Source: Sphagnum compactum (Eukaryota). From it: 64,000 bases of DNA. Below, in pieces: positions 13,405 to 26,789 of the stretch. The position numbers were made by a program, and so were the translations under genes. Position 1 is the first letter of the stretch; each line of letters begins with the position of its first letter. The DNA lies in NCBI GenBank assembly GCA_965153455.1, contig OZ234493.1, positions 28,758,213 to 28,822,212 on the forward strand. Reading direction: 5' to 3'. Below the pieces are notes generated by a model. The model was not told the DNA's origin. It ran no database searches and saw only the letters and a list, made by a program, of their open reading frames with translations.

Positions 13405-13890
13405 GGAACTCAAAAGAGATCTCATATTAAATAATGACATGTTCTAGGAACTTATCTAAACATTTAAAAAATTGTTACCAAACCAAAACCAATAGGGAAA
13501 TGCCATAACATGATTTTTAGTTTTTTCAAATCTAATGATTCCTCAAAAAAATAAAAATAAAATTCCCTTTTCATATTTATTTTTCACATTTGTGCAAATT
13601 TTCAAACCCAAAAAAAAATGCTTGTCATGACATGTGTATTGACATGTGTATTTGAATGTTTTCAATCGTATTGCCACATTTTGAAAGAATTATATGAATT
13701 TTTGTGTATGATGAGTGCCATAATCATTTTTGAAGAAAGTAGTTTCATATTTAGTTTTGTGATGTATGGATTGGTGACAAGGTCACTTGAGGCTGGGTGC
13801 ACATTTGAGGAGGTGACAGAGAAAATAAAAAGTTTAAAAGATGAATGTGAATCTTTTTACAACCAAATGAATGTGAATCATCTCACCTAG
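13405..13890 (+). repeat. Dispersed AT-rich TE-derived repeat
   Basis: The motif AAGRGATYTMRYATTAAATRRYGACA.GTTYTAGRAC recurs at ~13410, ~24415 and ~53898. Boundaries approximate. Confidence 0.45.
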
Positions 13891-14032
13891 TTTCTAGGAG
13901 GCAAAATCCCTTGAAGCTAATATACTCTATAATTATTCTGAACACAATATCCCTGCAATACAAGGCAGAGCCAATAAAGGAACTTTTCATTAAAAGTTTT
14001 CAATAAGTTTAAGATTAGTGTCATGTGCATTG

Positions 14033-14399
14033 GAGCAACTCCACTGGTGCTCAGTATGTCGCTCTGGATAATAAAATTAAATGTTTAAGTTCAGCTTTTT
14101 TTTTTGGGGGCAACTTGGGCCATAAACTGTGACTGGAACTGCATATACGCGAGAACTACTAATAGCAAACCACTTGGACCAATCATTATGATCGACCAAT
14201 CAGAAATACTGAGCCGCACTCAGGTCCAATTTAGTACACTCTTTTTTGGAGGTGCAAAATTGTGTTGCGCCTTTTACCAGCCACGGCAAGCTGCACAAAT
14301 TTGGTGCAGAAAAATCAATTTCCTGACCAGCACATTTTGACTTTTTCACAATAAATTTTACTGTCTGGAGTCACATACTGAGCACCGGTGGAGATGCTC
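14033..14399. mobile_element. Tourist/PIF-Harbinger-like MITE
   Basis: About 26-bp terminal inverted repeats GAGCAACTCCACTGGTGCTCAGTATG ... CATACTGAGCACCGGTGGAGATGCTC. Flanks are TTG and TTA (3-bp TWA-type TSD with one mismatch). No coding capacity. Confidence 0.8.
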
Positions 14400-15902
14400 T
14401 TAGATTTGTGGCAAACATTGGGGGTTTTTTTGTTTTCTTTTTCCAGATTAACAATATTATCACCATCAACTCATGAAAGCCATAAGCATCCCCACTAATA
14501 TTTTGAATGTAACTAGTTTTAGGGTGCTTATATTCTGATGATTTTACAAACTTTTTCTTAGGTCAGATGGGCAATCATTTATAAGCTTCAATTTTCAATT
14601 TATTGTTTGGGTTTTGTCGGTGTTTGTTTTTATGTGAATTGATGATGAGAAAACTAGGCACACTTTGAAATAGAGGCCTTGGAACACAACAAGCCTTGTC
14701 ATGTTCCTCGTAGGAACACCACAAGCCAATGAAGAGCACAACAAGCCTTGCCATGTTGGGCCCCCTTATGAAAGGGGGCCCAACACCCTTTGTTTGTGCT
14801 CTCACCAACCTTCTTCTGACACCAATAATCACAACCCTCCCCACCCTCCACCCCCACCCAAAAGAGGCCAACCCAACAAGAAAGATGCTGCAACTTGGAA
14901 GGTGAAAAGACAAAGAAAAACAACCTTAAATTTTTAATTAAAAATTAAAAGGATTGTGAAAAAAACCATACCCATGTAGAAGCAAGCAATCAAGTACCCA
15001 AAAGACTACAAAAATTAGTTAAATATGAAAGTGTGGGGGCAAAGTTCCAAAGTGGGGTGATTTATTGGAATAAGGCGGCCGGGGGGGGGGGGGAGGCCTA
15101 GGATGAGGAATTGGGGACATAGATTACAAGGTGCTAGGAGTGGGACTGATCTTATGCCTATTGTTTAGGAACGGGAGGGACCTTACACACCTACACACAA
15201 GTGTAAGATCCCTCCACTTTTCCAAGAAGGACTGGATATTCATGGATGGAGGAAACTCGAAATATACTAAGAACTTTCTCTGAGTGCTTTACATGTAGGG
15301 TTTTAGGGTTTAGGGTTTTTCAAGAACAGCACCATTCTGTGAGTGAGGGCCTGGTGCGCGACACGAGGTGGGTTGAACCCGAGCATGGGACCTGAATTCC
15401 CAGAACAGCCCTATTTGAGGTCCTTACCCATCATAAAGGTCTAGTAGACTTTGACTTTCAAAATGGACGGCTGTGATTGAATTCTTGAGAAGAAGAGGCA
15501 CCTTAGATGTAAAAGGTTCCCCCATTCACCTTGTGCATAAGGTTCCTTGGTTTTTAGGGTTTAGGGTGTGTAGACGAGTGTCAATAGTGTGAGATAAAGG
15601 CGACAATGGGAGCCATAGGCAAACCGCTAAACCGACTACCCTACAAACTTTGTGGGTGTCAATGCAACCCCCTTGAACACCTTACAAGCCATAGCACCTG
15701 GAAAGAAAGAAGCCTAGCTTGTTGGGATTTTTTTTTCATTCTTTTCTCTCACAAAGATCGGGTTTTCTTTACATGGGTACCTAGTAAAAACCTTGCCAGG
15801 TTTACATCATTTGAACAAAGAATACACAAAAAAAAGAAGTAGGGAGGGTGGTGGGGTAGGATCTCATCATTCATTATAAAAAGTTTTCCTTAAAGTCACC
15901 CA

Positions 15903-16240
15903 CCCTGTCTTTGGTTTGGGCCACAAAGTAAGGAAATTTTTATTAAATCTGGGTATGAAATGCTGAAACATTAACGCACAAGGTTCGAGGTAATTATAGT
16001 AGTCGCTCGCACATGCAGGAGCGGGTGAAAATATATGTAGCAGCAGTGGAGGCGCTCAAGAAAATGAAATGAGGGGGGGGGTTTCAAAACAGTATGAAAC
16101 TCATTTTAGCACAAAAAATTGGTGAAAAAATGCACCACAACCCCCTTGAATGCTAATGTACTCTGGTCCCAAACGGACGTAAAATTGTAAATAAAAATAA
16201 ATAAATTATTTTGTTTTTATAAAAAAATGCTAACTCTATT
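15903..16240 (+). repeat. Dispersed ~350-bp repeat, copy 1
   Basis: Starts CCCTGTCTT and shares AAAGTAAG..ATTAAATCT..GTATGAAATGCTGA..GCACAAGGTTCGAG..GTGAAAATATATGTAGCAGCAG..TTGAATGCTAAYGTAC with the copies at 24559 and 34959. Confidence 0.8.
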
Positions 16241-17031
16241 ATCTTTAGGTTTACATTTTTACATTACTCAAATTTACCAGATGTTGCATTATTTGCACAA
16301 AATGACACATCGAAAAAAAACCCAAAAACCAAAAACTAAAACGAAAATAATTTATTGACTCTTTTATTTCTAATTTTTTAAAAAAATACTCTTTATTTTT
16401 TGCCTTGAATTTTCATTTGTTGTTCAAAAACAAATATTTTTCGAAAATTTCAACATCTCCAAAAATAATGTAATTAGGCTGCCAAGGTACTACTACTACT
16501 GTAGTCTAATTAGTAATAGTAGAGGTAAAAAATACTAAATAAATGGAAATACTCTAAATTATTAGAGTAATGAAAAAAAAACCTTTTTTCTCATCATACT
16601 TTTCCTCACACTTATTGCATGTTGGGTAAGGTGCGAGGGAGCAGTGTTTTTTTTAAACAATTTTTGTTTGTAGCCAAAGTGGTGATCATCCATAGGAAGA
16701 TGTCCCAAAAAAAGTGGCATTCATCCTCAGGAAGATTTAGCCAAATATGGCTATAAACTAGATATGAAGTACAAAACTACATACATACATACAAGGTACT
16801 CTACTCAAGCGTAGTGTACAAGAGTACGTATTTTAATACGGCGTATGCACCACCTGCCATGCTCTCTCTCTCTCTCTCTCTCTCTTCGTCTTCTCAGTCT
16901 CTCTCTTCTCTCGTGTGCGAACTGCAGAAGCTTGCTCACCTTCCTCTCGATCCCCACCCACAGCAATCGGCCCTGAGGAGTGAAGAAGAAAGAAGGTGAA
17001 GAGAATTGTGGGAAGGTGACCCATCCAAGAT

Positions 17032-20000
17032 ATGGCAGAAGTGGTCGTCGAGAGGAGTGCAGTGGCTTGTGCTTGTGATGAAGCAGAGCAAGCTCTAAGG
17101 TATAAACGAGATCGATCTTGGGTCGCTCTTTTTTTTGGGGATTTTCTCTGTGGCTTTCTTTTCTCCTTTTGCCTTCTTCCTTCCCTACCCAACACGCCCC
17201 CCCCCCCCCCCCCCCCACCCCTTTTTTTTCCTTCCATGTTTCCCCCCAAGTTGTCAGTTAGCTTCCTTAAGAGTTCTGCTTGTGAAGATTTTTTTTTCCC
17301 CTAGTGTAATGTAGTAGCAATTGTGTGAAGGAAGAAGAAGGTGTGGAGATGAACTCTTTGCCATGCTTTCAGTGGAGAGCTTGTTGGCTTCCTTAGTTGC
17401 ATAGATATACATCCCTTTGTAGTAGCTGTGATGAGTGAAGTTTGGAAAATTAGGTTTGAAAGGATTATGGGCTATTGTGTATGTAATTATTGCTGGAAAA
17501 AGCTTGATGGAAGAAGTGTTTGAATCACCTTGTGAAAATTTGGAGAATTTTGTGAAATTGTCAGAGAGTTTTGCAATTTTGGAGTAAATGGGGAAACAAA
17601 AGGGCTTTGTTGTTTGCTGGGTTTCTGGATGATGCTGGGCTTGAATGGGAACACACATATGACGGACGAAGGAGGATAAGCGCTTTCGAGTAGCAAAAAC
17701 ACTTTGAATGTAGGATTTGAGTATGCTGTGGAAGGAATTCACTTACCTTTGGAACAAAGTTAGTGATTAGGGTTTGGGGTTTTTTTTTCTAGCTCATCAA
17801 TGCTCAGAGAGGAGAGTAAGGATGGTGGAAGATTTTTCTTACTAGTAGTGGCTGGGAATTGTGGGATTAGGCTTTTTCTGCAGGGGAAATTCGATGAAGC
17901 TGAGGAGTTCATAGAGGAAAGAGTCAAGACAAGAGACAAAGGGGGAGTCCCAGTCTTCACACACTGCCATGCTGTTGTTCTCTTTGCAAAGGCTGGCATT
18001 TCAGGTGCTGAGGAAGACAGGTGCCTACTGACTGACTGACTGACTGACTGACTGGGTTAGGTCACTCTTTGTCGCTGTCTCCTTGCTGCAGGCTTGTTGT
18101 ATCTTGTGACATCAGGGGTTTGATGATTTTGGGTTTGACTAAATTAGCGCACCTATCTGGTGAAAAGTTTTGTATTTGGTTTAGCTTTGAAGTGGAATGT
18201 TTTGAAGGAGAAATGCTGTGGGAGGGGGGTGGCACGGAATGCAGGAAGCAAGCGATGGAGATGTTGAATGACGCTGCTACCATGGCAGGAGAACACATTC
18301 CCAAACAGGGTTGGGTCCAAAGCATTGCAACTTGGGGAATGGGCTACTTTGGTGCTGCCTCTCCAAAGGCTGATGATGTGACTGAGGAGGAGCTCAGCTG
18401 GTGATTTTCATCTGTTTCCAGTTGCCAGTGACCAACCCTAGGATCTGTGACACTTTTTTCTCTATTCTAGGTTCTGATCCTCTGTTGGCATTTCAGCCGC
18501 ATCATTGAAGCGGAGGCAACTTACTTGTCAGCAATCCTGTGCTTCTTTGAGGAATCAATGGCTGCCTTTTTCCGGGTGAGTACATTCCATTTCATCCATC
18601 AACTTTGATATCATCAGATCTTCTATGAAATTCATTAAAATTTCGAGAGGATTTTACTGGCATTCCTTTGATTAGTTAGTTTCAGAATGCAGGAGTAATC
18701 AATTCTTCATGTGCACCTTTGTCTCTGGTGTCCATCACTGTCTTGTTTCCAGGGTAAGTTGGAAGAGGATTTTCTCTGGTTAAACCATGGTTTCCTGCAG
18801 GCAGCCTTGTTGATACGGAAGGCCATCCGTGGTTACAAATACTGCAATGGCATTCTTCAACGGCAGGTTCAATCTCTTTACAGCACAACCATTCCCAGAA
18901 TCAGGGTTTTCGATGCTGACATTGGTTTTTGTAACTTACTACTGTTGATGGAAGATTTGGTTTTTGGGATTGTCCTCAGGACTGGGAATAGTTGCTAAAG
19001 GGCCCCGCTTTCTTTATGTTTGCAACAGCAACGTGCCAGCAGGAGCGAACATGATGTTGGTGCAGTGAAATTAGGGTTTGGAGGTTTCAGTTTGGCAATA
19101 TCCTTATTACCTCCCAGATTGTTACGACTTCTCTCTGTGTTGGGATTTCCTTGTGACCGAGTTGCCGGCCTGTCATCCATTGATGAAAGCCTGCGAGGTG
19201 GTGGGCTCCGAGCTCCTGTCGCTGGAGTGTATATACCTGAACTTCTCTTGTGCACCACTATGACTCACATTTGATGTTCTTGCCATCCGTCCTTAATTCT
19301 CAGACTCACATAATTCGCAGATTCTGCAGTCCTGGAAACAATTGAAATGAACCATTATGCATCTCATGCAAAGCTCAGCTCTCTGGTGCCTTTTTTGTTT
19401 GTTCCTGGACAATTTGGCCTGCAATATAGGCAAGGGTTAGGTTTTTTAACTTCAAGCTTCCAGAAAGAGCATCCTGTAGTTCAAAGCAACTGAAGTATAG
19501 AGACCCTCGGGCCTGTTGATGTCCTAAGTGAAGACATATACCTAGTATGCTAATAAGAATGACTGACATCTTTTTTGTGGCCATGGGATATGGTCAGTTT
19601 ACTGCTCTCATATCATGTAATCCTACCTTCGTTCTTCTCAATACCTCAGGTAAGGTCATTTTGGGCACTTGGGTACCCAACTTGGACACTCAAGTTTTCT
19701 TACCAAATTTCCAGATTTTATTGCAATGTGCAGTTGGCTACACTACAATTGCTCTTTGTATGGTGGTTTCTTTGTCCTTTGTGCTAGTCTATATTCCTTC
19801 TACAGTTGTTCTTTCCCTTCTTGTAAACTGTAGGAACGAGAACAGCACGTCGCAAGTGCTGAGAGGGTGCTCGCCTTTATGCAAGACACGTATCAAGGGA
19901 GTTTTTTCTTGAGGTAGTGTGTCTGTTTGATCTAATTTGTGATTTTTCAGGCAGCTTTTTCAGGCATTGCTCCTGACTTGTGGCTAGTGAACTAGACCTG

Positions 20001-23000
20001 TTTCACAATGGAAGTTTGTACATCAGAAACGCCAGAAGTATAATCTAAAGTTGTTAATGGGTAGTTGGTGGCTGCAGCTTTTATAGAGGCCGTTTGCAAA
20101 GACTGAAGCAGGATTTGTCCAGTTCATTGGACTATTTCATGAAACTTGAGGAGGTAAATGCCCACTCAGTTTTGCTTTGTATCTCTGATGTGCATGTTGG
20201 TCACTTTGCAGGTATGCATGCTCCATCTATGCCAGGCTTATTGTCCTTGGCTTGATTCAGTTGATGGCCTTCTTGGGTGCCTGCTGCTGCTGTTACTCAC
20301 TTTTCCAGTGTCGTATGTGGTAATTTCAGGGCTTAAAGTTACCACCGGAGTCAAAATTCTTCAAGCTTCGACATGCCTGGGTTTATGAGCTTGGATTGAG
20401 CCACATGATGCAGCTGGAGGTAGACAGTTTCTTCTCTAGATTTTTCTTTTTTGAGTCCCTACTGCACCTAGGTTTAGGTGTAGATTGCCTACGTCATATA
20501 GCCTGCATTAACTCTAACCCCCCCCCTTGTTTGAGTGAGACTCTGCATGTCTGTGAGGATCACATCATCGGCAAGGAAAGGTTTTCTGAAACCCCTTTTT
20601 GTTTTCTGGTATTGTTGTCATCTTGAGTCTTTGAGAGAATAGGTCCACTTCTACTGACAACCAAGTGACCAGGACTTTTGGATCTGGCCAGTGGGGTGCT
20701 GCAGAGAAGTACTGGGAAGAGCTTGAGCAGGACAGTGTGTGGTCACGTTCCTTCTTTGCATATCTGCATGTGGGTTCTTCTCTACTGATTGATTTTGTTT
20801 AGCATCCCTCCTCTTTTCCGCAGTTCCTTTGTCTGCCTCAATGCCCATGCCCAGTTTGGACCCTTCTTTCTGGCCGACATGTATTTCTTTCAAACTTTTA
20901 TTTACTTTTTTGGCATGTGGATCTGTATATATGTGTCTCTTGATGGCTAACTATTCTAAGAACGAGTTGTCCCATACTGTATGTTGTAGGGTGTTTGTCT
21001 TGCAATGCGAGGGGAGGCCAAGGCTGCTTCTTTGCATTTTTCCAAGGTATGATTCAAACCAGACCTTCTTGCCAATTCTGTAAATGACATTTGTCTCTTG
21101 TATCTTAAAGGCACCATGTCTTCTTCTTGCAGTGGGTTTTCAAGGTTACTACAGAGTTCAGATATTATTGCATGTGGATGTCCATATAGGTGTTGAATGC
21201 TCAATCTTTTGTAGGTACAAGGGCTCATGAGAGGAACTCTCTCAGGCCGTGTGTTGGCTGAAGAGCAATATGCTTCAAGGAAAGTAAGTCATTTGCACTT
21301 TGAGCTGTGATTTCTGTTGCTGGTGTTTGATCATCTGTCAGAACACATCATCGCATTCATCGGTTTTCATTGGTGGTCACACAGTATCTCTACACAGTGT
21401 ACCCAGTTGGTTGTTTCTGTTGTTGGAGTTGATTTCAGCAAGAGGGATCAAGCTCTGTCTTAGTTGGGGGATCTTGGCACATTGAGATGATATTGGGTTC
21501 ATAGACTACTATGCGGTTGATGCAGCAGCTCCACGATATAAAACGTCTATGTGTTCAGGTTGGAATGAATCTGTAATTTTGAGCTCTGTGCAGGTGAAGG
21601 ACCATGCCCTGGACACTGAAGCAGGGGTTATGAGCTTGCAAGGGAAAATTTGTGGTGTTGAGTTTCTCTATCTCTGGAATTCCTTCCCCCAGGTAATAGT
21701 TTCTACAAGTTTAATATAGGTTTGGGATTGAAAATATAGTCAGTTTTACATGTGTTTGCTTCACAAGCCTGACTAGATATCCTCTTGGGTTTAGAATAGA
21801 AATGGAGGAGCTGAACGGCACTTTGTTGCTACAGCAGGATGTATCCAGATATTAGTGCCTCTTGCATGATAGCTGCTGCTGCTGCTGCTATAGCCACAAG
21901 GCTTTTCAGCAGGACATATCCAGAGATGAGTTCCTGCATAGTAGCATCTGTTTGTTTTTCAATTCTTGAATCATGCCATCCTTTTTTGTGTCAGTAGATG
22001 CCACCCGATAAGCTGGAAGGCATTGTGCACATCATTGAAGAGGCAGAGGCAATATCACCGTCTTCAGAGTCAAATGACGATGTGAAAGAGGAGGATGACA
22101 CCCAACAAGAGAGTTTGGAACCATTAGTGGATGAGGTATTTCCTTGTTGCCAGAGTTCTAGTTTTGGTTGACAGCTTTATTCATACTGTTATGGGTATTG
22201 GGTTGCATTAAGGAGCAGTCATGATCATGGTCATAATCTGGCAGGGTGAGCTGTGGGTAACAAATTATTGATCACCTTTGATACTGTGATGCAAATAATT
22301 TGGCCTGACCAGATATTTGGAGTCGAGATATGCCACAAAAGTGTGTTGTAAAGTAGCTGTACTGTTGATCACAGGAGGAAGAAGAAGAGGAGGAGGAGGT
22401 GGAGGAAGAAGAAGAAGGGGATGATGAGTCTGCACTCTGCAGTCTTATGAAAGGAACTGCACTGCGTGAGCTTGGGCAATTGGATGCTGCCTCTAGCTGC
22501 CTCCAACCTGTGAGGTAACTCACATATTCCAGGGGCTACTGGTTGTCATTGTTTGTAGTTCTCATGAACCTTTGGGGAGTGTTCTGTGTGAAAATCAAGT
22601 AAAATTATCTTTGTCAAGAACAACTGACTATCACATTTTCGCTTTCTTTCTTCCCCTCTGCAATGATCATGGGATTCCTCATGAATTCAGATCATATTGA
22701 GGTGGGGATTACAGGGAGCAGACATGTTATGTGGAGAAGGAACTCTTTGTAATTCCAATGGCTGCATATGAGCGTGCTTTGTTGCTCATTATGCAACACA
22801 CGGAAGTGGCTTCAAGAGAATCAACAGGCACAAGCAACTTTGAACTTCTTTTGGAGGTATGGAGGCTCTGAGTGGTTTTTGATGCCAAAGGTGCACAGTT
22901 GCAGGTGTCAGTAATTTAGTTTTAAGGACCAAAGCAAGCTCTAACTGGGCTCCTCAAATCAGTGTTCAGTTCTTTTGAGAGATGACTTTCATGGACATGG

Positions 23001-23442
23001 GTCTGCTTCTGTCTCTGTAGGCAAAGAAGGAACTTGCAACAGCTGAAGGATTTAAGCAAGACTACAACTTTTTGTGGCGTTTGCTGGGGCGTGTTCATGC
23101 TGCCCGTGGAGCCATTCAGTCTCTCATGGGTGAAGAGGTGATTGACATTGCATGCAGTGTTTGCTCGTATCTGTTTTGAAAGTCAGGATGACCTTCACAG
23201 TCAACAGTTATTGATGTAAAATCTGTTCTTACTGAAGGCTTCCTGACATTGATTCTATATACTGAGTGTGTAGTTGAACTATCTGGATTGCTTTGGCATT
23301 GCAGAAAAGCAAAAGTGTTGAAAGGATTCCGATTGATGGAGGCAATGATGGTGAGTGGAAGGATTCAGAAGAATTAGCTCCAGAGATGCAATCACTGGCT
23401 TATGGAGCTTCTACAGAGGATATGTTCTTTGATGCATTATGA
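17032..23442 (+). CDS. TTC39: Tetratricopeptide repeat protein 39 / Iml2 family (DUF3808)
   Basis: Multi-exon gene. 17032-17099 joined to 17871 gives MAEVV..EQALRLFLQGKFDEAEEF. 18497-18575 gives RIIEAEATYLSAILCFFEESMAAFFR, followed by AALLIRKAIRGYKYC. The family hallmark GAVKLGFGGFSLAISLLPPRLLRLLSVLGFPCDRVAGL is at ~19060-19170. Later exons give LLLSYHVIL, FYRGRLQRLK, DDESALCSLMKGTALRELG, VIPMAAYERALL and QDYNFLWRL. Last exon 23305-23442. Confidence 0.88.
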
Positions 23443-24558
23443 TGATGTCTTCAGGTGTACAGTTTCACCAAGAACGTGGGTTTCATTTGTGGGTTCTCAA
23501 ATTGTATTAGCTATGATGTATGAGGTCTCTTGGTCTGTTTTGCATTGGAATCAGAATTCTTCTTCTACAAGTGGATTTTCTGAGGCATGGATGTCAGGAA
23601 CAGCCCACGATTGTATGTATATACGTTTGCATGCAGTAACAATTTGCTGCATCATTTCTCCTGGCTTGGACACATTTGCAAAAGCATGGATGGTGTTCTG
23701 GAACATGTGCTTGTGACAATTCTGCACTGTCCAGATATTTTGGGTTTTTGCACATTGTCTTGCACTGGTTCACATCAAGAATGCTGCTGATGCAATCTAT
23801 CTACAGAAGCTTCGGGTTGGAGGAGGCTAATGTTCCCTGTCAGAACAATTGGGCTTTTTTCAAAATAGATTCCTAATGGGTATCTGTGTCGCATGGTCCT
23901 TGAATTTCTTGCAATGCAAATTTGACAAAGCTTCTGTCAATTTGGTTACAGACTTTTGATCACTCATTCCTGGGTTGTATTGTACTTGTTTTAAGGGCTC
24001 TCATTGCCATTTCTTGCATTTAGCAATAACCCCAAACTTTAGAAAGCTTAAGAAATCAATACTATGGTAAAATCATTTGTGCCATGATATGCACATACCA
24101 TTTGTATTTCAATGTTGTATCTGTGCAATTGTAAATAAGGTAGTGAGTTTTGAAACTTCTGAAGAATTTTGAGTTCCATATAATTGTTCGTATCTAAATA
24201 GTAAGTTTAGCATTCTTTTTGGAGAACAAAGGTTACTCTTTGAAGCTTCTTTTGGAAATTAAACATAACACATTGATTTTGTGCTTGGAGTTTGAGCCTG
24301 ATATTGGTTCTCATCTTATTGCTCCTTGAGTTTCTACTTTGAGAATCCACTTCCTCTTTGGAGGAGCAAATATTTATTTCAATTTTCTGATGTTTCATCA
24401 TTTGATATTAGCATCTCAAGAGGGATTTAGCATTAAATGGTGACATGTTTTTAGAACCTCTCTAAAGAAGTAAGAAAAAAACTACTTTTGAAGATTCTCC
24501 CAGACTAAGAGTCTAAATACTAGAGTTATCCATAAAGTAAGCTAGTCTGAAGTCTGAA

Positions 24559-24934
24559 CCCTGTCTTCGGGCCTCCTTCCACCCTCTATCCCCTCTTTCA
24601 GTGGTATCCGCAAAGTAAAGACATTTTAATAAATCTCAGTATGAAATGCTGATACTCAGCATTTAAATGCACAAGGTTCGAGACTAACTATAGTAGTTGT
24701 ACAGTTAGGAGCAGTGAAAATATATGTAGCAGCAGAGGAGGCGCTTAGGAAAAAGGAACGAACGACAGGATGAAACTCAGTTCATCACCAAATGGATGGT
24801 TTTCTGAGTTTCATCCCCCGTTGAATGCTAACGTACTTGTTTTTCGCAGGTTTTCTTTTGAATCTCACCCTGTGTATGACCAAACTCAGGGTTCTGGTGC
24901 TGTGTTTTTTTCTTACTTTATGGATAACTCTATT
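24559..24934 (+). repeat. Dispersed ~350-bp repeat, copy 2
   Basis: Same family as 15903 and 34959. Contains a perfect 13-bp stem GGATGAAACTCAG...CTGAGTTTCATCC (~24768-24816). Confidence 0.85.
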
Positions 24935-26789
24935 ACCCAAAAAAAAGTTTCTTTTGTTTTTTGGGAATTTGGGCGATTTCTTTTCAGAAAAATAGAATAG
25001 CCAGACCCATTTCTTGAGTGAAATCTGGCTACTAAAACTATTCTGGTACTATAGTTATGACATTACAATGACTTAGTGTGACCAAATTACTAGACTCACC
25101 AAATGTATCTATTAATTGCACCCATATCACACTCTCTCAAACACATGAATCTTTCATCATAATAAAAAGAGTATATGACAAAAATATATACATAATAATA
25201 ATACTCTATCTATATATTGTGATTATAGATATATTGTATCTATTATATTATCTATCTATGCAATCTTGTAATTTTTTATTATTATGGAAATTAAATCCAT
25301 CAACTCCCACTACCACAAGTACATTCCATTCAAACCATGAAGGTTGTCAACAATAAATAGGCTATTGATAATGTAACTTTGTGGATCACACATAATAATT
25401 CAGGCCATAATGTTAAGGAGAGTTTTTTTTTTAAAAGTGTTTGTTATGATTTGTCATACAACTCTCCAAGATAGTAATTTTTCCAAAGGAAGGTTGGACT
25501 TGGGTAAAGATCTTAAGATGTTTACAACTTGAATGGTTTTGATGTTGAAACTTTGATTGAGTTTGTTTTAAATAATCAATAAAATATATCACCTTTTAGA
25601 AAATATCGAATAATAAGATGTCAAATATTTGACTACAATATTTGATGATTGTCGACAAATATTTTTAAAATAGTTTGCCAAATAATTATGCATATTACAA
25701 AATTAAATAATTATAAGATGAATGAAGATAATAATAATAATACATGTTTACTTCATGTGCTTCTTAAAATATACAAGGAATAACATCCCTATGCTTGAAC
25801 ATTGTGCACAATAATCGATAAAATTTAATAAAGAAGGGAACTATATTCAAGTAACTCAATCAAAACATCACTTGGACATCATGCACAATTGGTCCAAGTT
25901 ACTTGTTTGTCTCAAATTTTAATGTTGCTGAGTAAATTGCCATTTTCATTAGTTCAATGGGAAGTATTCTTCAAGTACATGTTTAATCAAGGACTCAACA
26001 TATTGATCCATCTACTCTTGATATTATGAAGTAGCTTATTCATTTTTGTTTCAACGATTTGGGCCATTTGTCAAATTCTTAATGGTGTTTCAAAAGCTTT
26101 TTTAAAATAAAATAAAAGAACTGGATAAGTCTTCTAGGTATGCTACCACATGCAAAATAGTGGGTTTGGACTACCAAATTTGTCTTGTCTACCTTACAAT
26201 CGATCTTGGTGAGTAAAGGGGTGTGCACCTCTCAAATCTTAACTATAGTTCTATGACAAGCACCTTGAAATATACCCACACCATCTACATGGAATCATAA
26301 TAACATGTTGGGTACCTTTGATTCTATTAAACCACGATAAATGGATAGTGTATTCATGATCTAACCCTTGTCAAAGTATGTGCATTGGATCCTTCCTAAA
26401 CATGTTCAACTACAAGTAAAATAGGGATGTGACATGACTCCTCAACACAATATCCATGAATAAAAATTCAACTTTGGTTATCCATGTCACAATGCCACTA
26501 ACCTAGCCCCTCGGATGTCAAACTTGGTGACTACTAGAACTTGCTAATTCCAATCATGGATGCCCATAATTATTTCCTAGGGCACATTATGTTTGAAATA
26601 TTTTTATTACAATTCATAAATATGGAAAACCAATGTTTTAAAGCAATATGAAAAAAATATACTTTTAGCAAGTATGTTGAAAATATTTAAGAAAATATTA
26701 ATACAAAATCACACTTTAACTTTTGGTGATTTTAGGTTCCAAAGCACACAAGGAGCAAGAACATGTTTTGTGCATATTTGGGTTCAAAC

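Noticed and set aside
16805-17249. Gly/Arg/Glu-rich minus-strand ORFs
   Set aside because: Produced by poly-C and (CT)n microsatellites around TTC39 exon 1.
17254-17760. 162-aa antisense ORF and a GTAAGT site inside TTC39 intron 1
   Set aside because: No recognisable domain or coherent exon chain.
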